Assembly (NCBI GenBank): GCA_016188145.1
Contig: JACPIJ010000042.1
Coordinates: forward strand, 1 to 41,869
DNA length: 41,869 nucleotides
Direction: 5' to 3'
Origin: Candidatus Woesearchaeota archaeon
GTDB taxonomy: Archaea; Nanobdellota; Nanobdellia; Woesearchaeales; UBA10216
In this document: in pieces, positions 1 through 7,145 of the stretch
How the letters are laid out: each line of letters starts with the position of its first letter
Position numbering within the stretch: the first letter of the stretch is position 1
Notes under the pieces: model-generated
Told to the model about the DNA's origin: nothing
Seen by the model: only the letters and a program-made list of their open reading frames with translations
Database searches by the model: none
Made by a program: the position numbers and the translations under genes

Positions 1-225
1 GACCACGTTGCAGCCATGCTGGAGGAGAAGCTCATCAGGCCCAACCATCTTCACAGGAAATACGCCGATACAGTGAGGAAGTTTTACCTTCTCCAGAAGA
101 GGATAATGCACAGGGAGCTAAGGGAAGTCAAAGGCGCACACCTTGACGTGCTTTTCAAGGAAGCCCAGGACTTTGTTGCAAAGATTGACGACTTCATCAA
201 CAAAAGGTCCACGGTCAGGAAATAA
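1..225 (+). CDS. 3' end of a nucleotidyltransferase/HEPN-like protein (partial, runs off window start)
   Basis: Open frame from base 1 (DHVAAMLEEKL...). It resembles by eye the HEPN-like helical region of the 25676-27766 protein (KYADTVRKFYLLQKRIMH..EVKGAHLD vs TYVNTLEAVIKTRKELEH..DMSGVEVD). Followed by a T-rich tract. Confidence 0.55.
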   Translation, partial: DHVAAMLEEKLIRPNHLHRKYADTVRKFYLLQKRIMHRELREVKGAHLDVLFKEAQDFVAKIDDFINKRSTVRK

Positions 226-231
226 GCGCTG

Positions 232-325
232 TTATTTCTTTTTTTTGCGGCAATAGGAATCAAGGATAGAACAAAGAATAATAAAAATAAGAAGGAAGAA
301 ATAAAAGATAATAAAAAGAAAAAAT
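232..325. terminator. Bidirectional T-rich/A-rich terminator region between convergent genes
   Basis: Poly-T run after the stop at 225 on +; long purine-rich tract (T-rich on -) after the stop at 332. Confidence 0.5.
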
Positions 326-331
326 TGCTGC

Positions 332-2104
332 TTACTGCGGCTTCATCAGCTTGATGAGCAGTGCTGCCCCGCCGCCAAGCACGACAACGTAGCCAAGCAC
401 AAGCAGCGCCACATACTGCGGCGTTTCAAGGAATGACTTCTTTGCTGCAGGCTGTTCCTGAGGCGTTACGTTCACCTGAGGCTGCGTAGGCGGAACGGTT
501 ATTACCGTTACCTCGTCCTTCTTGCCTTCCTCAGGAGGAGTTACCTTTTCCTTCTCATCTTCGGCACCGCACTTTGCAACGCTCAACAGCACAACCTCGC
601 TGTTGCTCTTGGTGTCCGTGTTGAAGTAAGTGTCAACCGTTACCCTGTAGTTCGCAGGCCTTGTAATGCTTTCAGCTACTGGCACAGTGAAGCTTACACT
701 GTCCTCGTCATCCTGGTCAAGTGAGAGCTTGTCGCTTACTGCGCCAAAGCTGAGCTCAGGGCTTGCTAGCCTCACAAGGACATCTTCCTCATCCCTTCTG
801 CCGGAATTTCTCAGGTTTGCCGTGAGCTTCGTTTCTTTCTCGCAGCTTACAGTTGGCGGGTTAAGAGTTACGCTCTTTATCTCAATCTCGTGGCTTTTCC
901 TCTTGATTTCAAAGTCAACGCTTATCTTCTCGCCGTGCCTTGCGCCGAACTCGTCAGTGCCTTCCGCGCTTATTTCAACGCTGAACGTGCCGTCGTCCGC
1001 GTCGTCATCTATTACTGACTCAACCTTTATTGTGTCCTTGTCCTCTGCGCCAAGGTCGCCAAGATCTTCAGATTCGTCAATGTCCAGCTCGCCGTTGCTT
1101 ATGACCTTGACCTCAACATCTTCTATGGTGACGTCTTCCTTGCTCTTAAACCTGTTTTCAACCTCTATCTCAATCTCAATATTCATGCCAGGCTTCAGGT
1201 CCTTGACATTATCGCCGTTGTCAACATTCTCGGACTTGCCGTCAAACCTTACCTTGACATCCTTTAGCTTCAGGTTGTTTTCTGCCCTGACTTCGAGCTG
1301 CGTTGTGCCGCTTACTGCGCCCCCGGTGATGGAAGGCGTCGCCTCAAACTTTATTGAGCCAACATTCACAGCGGAAGCAACAAGCGCCTTTGTTACGGCA
1401 TTAAGCTTCTGAGGCACCCTGACGCTGATTGGCACGCTTACGCTTTCGCCAACTGCCAACGTTGTCTTTGGCAGCGTGAAATTAATCTTAAGGTCGCTTT
1501 CTGTAAAGCCACTCGCAACACTAACAGTACCCTTAAGGCCATTTAACTGTTCCGGACCGTCGTTCTTCAAAGTAATTGTGCCTGTTAAGTTAACCTCCCT
1601 CTTGTCTTCTGTGTCGTGGTTTGGGTCGCTCCTTTCCTGAGTCTCGCTGCCAAGAGTTAATGTTGATGTTACGGCCAGCTTTGGAGGGACGTCAACGACT
1701 GTTACGGTTACGTCCTCAAATGAGTTATTTGTATCATCATCTGTGACGTTAAACCTGAACTTGTAAGTTCCTGACTGCGTGAAGTCTGGTGTCCAATTGA
1801 AACCCATCTGCGTGGTGCTTAAGTAAGAATAGTTTACTTTTGTCGAGCCTATTGTTATCTGTTGGTCCTTGGACAATGCGTTAACCTTTGTTCCCGCACA
1901 TGGCGCATCTAAGCATACGCTAAAGTTTATTGCGCCAACATCCGCAGCAGTTGAACTCACGACAAAGTTTAAAGGCTGGCCTTCATTTACCGATTTAGCT
2001 CCTATTGCAGGAGAAAAAGCCGGAGCGCTAGCAGCTGCGTAAATCATAGCCGCTGACAACACGAGAACTAACATGAACAAAACACTTTTGAAGACGTTTT
2101 TCAT
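332..2104 (-). CDS. Putative S-layer/cell-surface protein with Ig-like/CARDB-type domains
   Basis: Signal peptide MKNVFKSVLFMLVLVLSAAMIYA from ATG 2104, Ig-like motif FNWTPDFTQSGTYKFRFNVTD, acidic beta-rich repeats, P/T/Q linker, C-terminal TM helix. TATA box at about 2186-2195 on -. Confidence 0.75.
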   Translation of the reverse strand: MKNVFKSVLFMLVLVLSAAMIYAAASAPAFSPAIGAKSVNEGQPLNFVVSSTAADVGAINFSVCLDAPCAGTKVNALSKDQQITIGSTKVNYSYLSTTQMGFNWTPDFTQSGTYKFRFNVTDDDTNNSFEDVTVTVVDVPPKLAVTSTLTLGSETQERSDPNHDTEDKREVNLTGTITLKNDGPEQLNGLKGTVSVASGFTESDLKINFTLPKTTLAVGESVSVPISVRVPQKLNAVTKALVASAVNVGSIKFEATPSITGGAVSGTTQLEVRAENNLKLKDVKVRFDGKSENVDNGDNVKDLKPGMNIEIEIEVENRFKSKEDVTIEDVEVKVISNGELDIDESEDLGDLGAEDKDTIKVESVIDDDADDGTFSVEISAEGTDEFGARHGEKISVDFEIKRKSHEIEIKSVTLNPPTVSCEKETKLTANLRNSGRRDEEDVLVRLASPELSFGAVSDKLSLDQDDEDSVSFTVPVAESITRPANYRVTVDTYFNTDTKSNSEVVLLSVAKCGAEDEKEKVTPPEEGKKDEVTVITVPPTQPQVNVTPQEQPAAKKSFLETPQYVALLVLGYVVVLGGGAALLIKLMKPQ

Positions 2105-2304
2105 TGTATAACCAACCCCCAACCGTTTTTGCAAAATCTGCAAAATCATCTGCCAGTAATTTATTAATTCCTGAGTAGTTACAAGTTATATATAAACCTT
2201 TTGTTTTTTTGAAATGCATTTCTCAGAATATGCTGGCTGCGTGCTTGTAAACTCTGGCTACAGCTGCAGCAGCCGCAATGGCAGCACGCAACTGCCATAT
2301 ATTA

Positions 2305-2395
2305 TAGCAATTCGCATTAATTATCGAAATTTTGTGCGAATTGCTAAATAGCAGATTGCAGGAAGAATTTACGAAAATTTATGCAATCTGCTATT
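2305..2395. repeat. Two abutting perfect inverted repeats (12 bp and 14 bp stems)
   Basis: TAGCAATTCGCA (2305-2316)/TGCGAATTGCTA (2335-2346), immediately followed by AATAGCAGATTGCA (2347-2360)/TGCAATCTGCTATT (2382-2395). Confidence 0.85.
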
Positions 2396-2445
2396 ATATA
2401 GGAAAGATGGAAATAAGAAAAGAAGGAAAAAAATAATGAATAAGA

Positions 2446-3036
2446 TTATTTGCCGAAGTAGAATATCTTTTCTATTGCAACGTCCTCGGGCCTGAACTCT
2501 TCCCTGCCTGCCCTTGCGGTCACTCTGGGCTGCTCTGCTTTCGGTGCCTGAGCTTGGGGCGCTTGCACTTGCGATTCATGAACAAAAGTGGGGTGAACTG
2601 CTGCCTGTTGAGCTGATTCTGCGGCTGCCGCATCATGATGTGCTGCAGCAACAGGGGAAGGAGCGCTTACTGGCTGTTGCTGCTGGATTGACATCCTCAT
2701 GACCTGCTTGTTCACATCGCCAAGCCCTCCACCCAGCTTTTTAATCTCATCTTTCAGGCCAATAACCTCCCGCACAATGGCTTCAAGCCTCACTCCCAGT
2801 GAGCGCACATCCATGTTAAGCTCAGACAGCGCTTCGTTGGAAATGCTTGCCGGCTCTGATCTTGCAATATGGCTGTTCGAAGCTATTGCTGCTGACATGG
2901 AACTAACGCCGTTGCCTCTCAGCATTTCTTCTGCCTTCAATACAGCTTCATCCGATGTCTGTGCTATTCCATGCCTCATAAGCTCCCTTGCCAAAGCGTT
3001 AATCCTCTGAATCTCCTCAACACCCATTATGCCCAC
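2446..3036 (-). CDS. Hypothetical protein with coiled coil, Q/A/P-rich linker and C-terminal DVAIEKIFYFGK peptide
   Basis: 196-aa ORF with GAGGTG near the start; architecture recalled from Woesearchaeota hypotheticals. Confidence 0.7.
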   Translation of the reverse strand: MGIMGVEEIQRINALARELMRHGIAQTSDEAVLKAEEMLRGNGVSSMSAAIASNSHIARSEPASISNEALSELNMDVRSLGVRLEAIVREVIGLKDEIKKLGGGLGDVNKQVMRMSIQQQQPVSAPSPVAAAHHDAAAAESAQQAAVHPTFVHESQVQAPQAQAPKAEQPRVTARAGREEFRPEDVAIEKIFYFGK

Positions 3037-3251
3037 CTCTCACTCTGAACAACCAAGCCTTCATTCGGAACGCTGCCGGAATATAGCCGATAGCGATGCC
3101 TGCTGCTTTTGTTCGACGCTAGTATACAAATATACGGACTATCCCCTTTAGTATACTGCTATATAAATGTTTTGGTTTTCAAAACTTTTAGCTGAAAATA
3201 TGGTATATGCAAAAAGCTTAAATATAAGCATTCTTACTCATTAGTGACAAT

Positions 3252-3677
3252 ATGAGACTACCTACGGCCGGCTCTGAAGGCTTGGTGAAGATTGTTGAAG
3301 GATTTGTTTCTAATTACAATGCTAGTGGCAACTTTTCAGGGTTAAGGGTGATTGCTGACATCCTTTACCATACTGCTATGGAGCACAGGCAAACGGGCAA
3401 CATTTCTAGAGCTGGTGTTTGTGACTGGCTGGAAGCTGCTAAATCAGCTTATGCTGCAGCTTTGGAAACTTACGGGATGCAGCAGGAACAGGTTCCAGGA
3501 TTTGCCGAACAGATTGTAGCCAGCATTGCAGAGATTGATAGAATGATCGGTTACTCATCGCCATACGGCACTCAGCTTACACCCAAGGAAGGAGACTCGA
3601 TTGGATCGGAGTTTCAGTTAATGCCGCAGCCGCTACCTGAACAGAGGCGGTTGAGGGTTGCTGTGATGGAGAGGTAG
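3252..3677 (+). CDS. Hypothetical protein
   Basis: ATG ORF about 30 nt downstream of a TTAAATA TATA-like box; no motif recognised. Confidence 0.55.
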   Translation: MRLPTAGSEGLVKIVEGFVSNYNASGNFSGLRVIADILYHTAMEHRQTGNISRAGVCDWLEAAKSAYAAALETYGMQQEQVPGFAEQIVASIAEIDRMIGYSSPYGTQLTPKEGDSIGSEFQLMPQPLPEQRRLRVAVMER

Positions 3678-3728
3678 GTATAGTTCTAGCATAATCTTTA
3701 AATAACCTTTCTCTTGCTGTAGTAAAAC

Positions 3729-4040
3729 ATGGCGGAACTCGTAAAAGTTGCAGCGGTAAGCGACATACCGTCAGGAACGGCAAAGGTTGTTGATGTAAAG
3801 GGCGAGCCGGTTGCCGTTTTTAACGTGAAGGGAAAGTTTCTTGCAATCCACAACACCTGCCTTCACAGGGGAGGGCCATTGGGCGAGGGCTTTGTCAACG
3901 ATTCCGAGCTTACTGTTGAATGCCCCTGGCACGGCTGGGTTTACAGCCTGGAAAGCGGTGAGACGACCTTCAATCCAGGGGCAAAGGTTAAGACTTACGC
4001 GGTTAAGGTTCAGGGCAGCGACGTATTCTTAGAAATTTAA
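3729..4040 (+). CDS. Rieske [2Fe-2S] ferredoxin (NirD/dioxygenase-ferredoxin-like)
   Basis: Rieske motifs CLHRGGPL and CPWHGW; TTTAAATA box about 30 nt upstream. Confidence 0.92.
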   Translation: MAELVKVAAVSDIPSGTAKVVDVKGEPVAVFNVKGKFLAIHNTCLHRGGPLGEGFVNDSELTVECPWHGWVYSLESGETTFNPGAKVKTYAVKVQGSDVFLEI

Positions 4041-4073
4041 GCAGCAGCAACAATCTTTATAAATTGCCCAGTA

Positions 4074-4154
4074 GTTTTCTGATTGACCTCTCCACATCGC
4101 CTATGGCGATGGGACCAGTCGTGCATGCACGACTTGGTTTACTAAAGAGGTCAT
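4074..4154 (+). repeat. Double-hairpin element copy 1, in the 5' leader of tRNA-Leu
   Basis: Outer stem GACCTCT (4085-4091)/AGAGGTC (4146-4152) encloses CC-A-CATCGCC/GGCGATG-GG and ACCA-GTCGTGC/GCACGAC-T-TGGT. TATA TTTATAAA at 4056-4063. Confidence 0.8.
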
Positions 4155-4292
4155 GCGGGGGTAGCAAAGCCCGGCTAAATGCGCAGGACTTAAGACGTTT
4201 TTCCGCCAGCGCTTTTGCGCCGCAGCGGAAAAGGGCTGTGATCCTGTGGGTTAGTCCCTTCGGGGGTTCAAATCCCCTCCCCATTAAGCGCA
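4155..4292 (+). tRNA. tRNA-Leu(TAA) with anticodon-loop intron (~4195-4240) and a 6-nt insertion in the 3' acceptor strand (possible pseudogene)
   Basis: GCGGGGG-TA-D arm, CAGGA-CT-TAA-G[intron]A-TCCTG, long variable arm, GGGGG-TTCAAAT-CCCCT, then CCCC[ATTAAG]CGC-A. Confidence 0.8.
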
Positions 4293-4330
4293 TCAAGCCA
4301 GATTCGGCTGTTAATCCTGAGAAAGTAAAC

Positions 4331-5068
4331 ATGGAAGCATACGCTAGGCTTGCCGCTGCTTATCAGGCGAGGACAGACGTCCTGCCTATTGCAGATCCTT
4401 TTGACGATTTTGCCAAAGTGCTTTCACTCAATCGTATTATGGATGTTGGATGCGGTCCTGGCAGGGATGTTGAAACAATCCTCCAGAAAGGGCACAAGGT
4501 TGTCGGGATTGATTTATCAAAAGAAATGCTGCAGCTAGCGCGCCAGCGGCTTGATGCATTTCTGCAGCAACAGGAAGATCCGCTTGGGTTTCTTCGCGCA
4601 AGGGGTTACGAGTCAAAGTCGATTGATGGTGTTTTGGATGCCATGTTTTTCCAAGCCACAATGCAGGGCATGCCTATTGGTCGGCCGGGATTTGAAGTGG
4701 AATCTTATGGCGGGCTTTGGGCTGTTACGAGTGTGCAGCACCTGCCTTATGCGCAGCTGCCAAAATTTTTAGCTAACGCATCAGCACTTCTCGCTCCAAA
4801 AGGGGTTTTGTATGTAAAGACACGGGCACCTTTCGACAATCAACCTAAAGATCTTCTTGAGTGTTTAGAGACGTCTTCAGAGAACCAAGGATTGCCATTC
4901 ACTCGTTTCTTTGCCTATTATGTGCCATCTGATTTCCTTAATAGCCTTGAGCAAGCTGGGTTTTCAGTTGTAAGGACGTCTAAAGGACCAGATGGCAGGA
5001 TTCAGTATCCTTCAACAAACAGTGGCGAACGTGGTTACAAATTCTGGGTCATTGCCCAAAAGAAATAA
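4331..5068 (+). CDS. Class I SAM-dependent methyltransferase
   Basis: Motif I IMDVGCGPGRD, acidic GIDLSKEML, QHLP...LAPKGVL. The start is placed at ATG 4331 because the longer ORF runs through the tRNA. Confidence 0.85.
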   Translation: MEAYARLAAAYQARTDVLPIADPFDDFAKVLSLNRIMDVGCGPGRDVETILQKGHKVVGIDLSKEMLQLARQRLDAFLQQQEDPLGFLRARGYESKSIDGVLDAMFFQATMQGMPIGRPGFEVESYGGLWAVTSVQHLPYAQLPKFLANASALLAPKGVLYVKTRAPFDNQPKDLLECLETSSENQGLPFTRFFAYYVPSDFLNSLEQAGFSVVRTSKGPDGRIQYPSTNSGERGYKFWVIAQKK

Positions 5069-5084
5069 GCAATGTGCTTGATTG

Positions 5085-5585
5085 TCACTGAATTATCTCA
5101 ACCCTGCTGTCGCCTTCTTGGATTCCGTATGCAGTGGTAAGGTTTCCGTTCACTTCGAGAACATATCTGATGGGCTGCCCTGAGTTGTAGAGGGGGCACG
5201 GGTCTGCATGGCAGGGCACGGCGTGGTGAATCTTAACCACTGTGAAGTCTTCAGAAATGAACACGATGTCCAGCGGAATCAGCGTGTTTTTCATCCAGAA
5301 GTTTTGCACTGACGTTGTTGGGAATATGAATAGCATGCCTTCGTTTTCGCCGAGGGATTTTCTGAACATGAGTCCGGTTTCTATCTCTGTTTCGTTGTTT
5401 GCAACTTCAGCGTTTATTATCAGTGATTCGGGATAAAAGGTTACAATTGCCCTGTCATTTGCTGTCTGGGTTGTGCCTGTGGCATCGCCAGATTTATGAA
5501 CCAGATTGGGAAGTCCAACAGCAAAAAAGAACAGGATGAAAAACAGCACCGATGCAGAGATAATAACTGTTTTGAAATCTGTCAT
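5085..5585 (-). CDS. DUF192 domain protein with N-terminal membrane anchor
   Basis: Signature GLMFRKSL..EGMLFIF..FWMKNTLIPLDIVF..YVLEVNG. Confidence 0.9.
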   Translation of the reverse strand: MTDFKTVIISASVLFFILFFFAVGLPNLVHKSGDATGTTQTANDRAIVTFYPESLIINAEVANNETEIETGLMFRKSLGENEGMLFIFPTTSVQNFWMKNTLIPLDIVFISEDFTVVKIHHAVPCHADPCPLYNSGQPIRYVLEVNGNLTTAYGIQEGDSRVEIIQ

Positions 5586-5648
5586 GAGCAGCCCTGCTGA
5601 CAAATACCTTTAAAAATCATTTGCATATGCGAGAATTTAGTAAGGTTG

Positions 5649-5725
5649 ATAAGGGCGCGAGCATTGCGAGTGCAAGTTGGCGGTAGCCAACTGCACAATC
5701 GGCGAAAGCCGATTTGTGCCCTTAT
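5649..5725 (+). repeat. Double-hairpin element copy 2, in the 5' leader of tRNA-Thr
   Basis: Outer stem ATAAGGGC/GCCCTTAT encloses GC-A-AGTTGGC/GCCAACT-GC and ACA-ATCGGC/GCCGAT-T-TGT. Same bulge pattern as the other copies. Confidence 0.75.
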
Positions 5726-5876
5726 GCCTCTGTAGCACAGCCAGTAGTTGCGCCACCTTGGTATGGCCTTTTAGGAAAATGTCACCGGAAAGGTGACATT
5801 CTTCGTCTCTAAGACGAAGAAAGGTCAATCAAAAACGAAAAGGTGGAGGTCCGGGGTGCAAATCCCCGCAGAGGCT
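5726..5876 (+). tRNA. tRNA-Thr(GGT) with 77-nt intron (~5764-5840)
   Basis: Acceptor GCCTCTG/CAGAGGC, anticodon stem CCACC/GGTGG with TT-GGT-A, T arm CGGGG-TGCAAAT-CCCCG. Confidence 0.85.
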
Positions 5877-5974
5877 TTATTAGCTCTAATTGAGAGCTCC
5901 GAGAACTTTAGTTTCTAACCCGTTAGCAGCGGCCACTTGTTGCACCTGATTAAGATACCTAGGCTGGCACACGA

Positions 5975-6364
5975 TCAGATCGGGCTTGCTACCAAGTCGC
6001 AAACCGTCATCAGTAAGGTGTTTTTTAGCTCATAGGGTAATTGTGCATCACTAACAAAATTTCCAATACGTGTTCCTGAAGAGTAAGCAACACTAAACAC
6101 GTGGTGGATTCTAGGCGGCAGTCGCTCAACTTCTTCCGCTACGCCCAGTTGTACACTAAATAAATGGAGAGAAGCTTGTACTTCTGCTGGTAAGCTTGGT
6201 GCTCTCCGCACGGCTATATACCATGAAACATCAGTATTTAAGCCGTAACGCTTTAATGTAAGAGCAGCTTCCTCAATTTCGATTTTATGTGCTTCGCTTC
6301 CTCTACCATCAGTTGCGTGCAAATCACCTGAATCAGTAACGATGATTGGTAAACTAGGTTTCAT
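5975..6364 (-). CDS. Hypothetical protein
   Basis: 129-aa ATG ORF with a TTTTATAAA box upstream on -; no motif recognised. Confidence 0.5.
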   Translation of the reverse strand: MKPSLPIIVTDSGDLHATDGRGSEAHKIEIEEAALTLKRYGLNTDVSWYIAVRRAPSLPAEVQASLHLFSVQLGVAEEVERLPPRIHHVFSVAYSSGTRIGNFVSDAQLPYELKNTLLMTVCDLVASPI

Positions 6365-6600
6365 GAATAAAGCGAATCAAACATAATTTATAAAACTATC
6401 CAAACAATTATTTTTGCCTCTCGGTTCAAATGGCAAAGAAAGATAAGAATATTCGTAAGCAGGATAGCAAATAATTAGGCAACTGTTCCATTAAAGCCCT
6501 GATTATGAACATTTTAGTATAGCTCCCAGCAGAGGCTTATAATTTTCTGAGCCGAAGCGAGTAAAATTTATAATCTGACTAGTGTTACTAACACGGAATA

Positions 6601-7089
6601 ATGACAAGTGACCCTGAGATGACAAGTGACCCTGAGGGCTTGGCAGAGCGAATAGAAAAGCAGTATTTGGCAATGCAGGAGCAGTTGCCAAGTAACGTGC
6701 AGAGCTGGAAGGCGAGCGCCAGCGGCATAATTCATGCGTTAACCGGTAGAGTCAGCATTGAATTGGTCGTCCCGTTGAATGGCGCTTTTAGTCGCCACAC
6801 TGAATTTGTAAACTTACTCTTTGTTAACAATGTTCCAATTACGGGCAGTTACCGAGAGGAGGTTTTTTATTCAAGTGAATATGATAAGGCAGGGTATTCC
6901 GGGGAGTCTGAACATGTAGGAAAGTATAGAATTGAAATTATGAGCAAGCATGGCGGTAGGAGCTTGGAAGGGCAAGTTATTCTGCGTGCCGAAAGAACAA
7001 AAGATTTCGGTCAGATGCATACCTTGGTGAAGGTTATTAAGGAGTACGTTGCTCTCTTTGGCCAAAAAGACGAGCCTAGTGACAGATAA
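6601..7089 (+). CDS. Hypothetical protein (first 18 bp duplicated in tandem)
   Basis: TTTATAA box at ~6568; ATGACAAGTGACCCTGAG x2 at 6601-6636. Confidence 0.55.
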   Translation: MTSDPEMTSDPEGLAERIEKQYLAMQEQLPSNVQSWKASASGIIHALTGRVSIELVVPLNGAFSRHTEFVNLLFVNNVPITGSYREEVFYSSEYDKAGYSGESEHVGKYRIEIMSKHGGRSLEGQVILRAERTKDFGQMHTLVKVIKEYVALFGQKDEPSDR

Positions 7090-7145
7090 GCAAAATCTTT
7101 TTATCTTCAGTGGCATTCCTCAACGCTTTAAACGTTCAGTAACAT

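Noticed and set aside
3121-3167. AGTATAC/GTATACT inverted repeat beside a TATA box
   Set aside because: Only 7 bp in AT-rich promoter DNA; too weak to call an operator.
4064-4330. N-terminal 89 aa of the 334-aa methyltransferase ORF and the antisense 4057-4332 ORF
   Set aside because: They run through the tRNA-Leu gene and its leader; the methyltransferase is better started at ATG 4331.
5637-5828. Short ORFs over tRNA loci (5637-5828, 18710-18973, 22522-22910)
   Set aside because: Explained by tRNA genes, introns and leaders.
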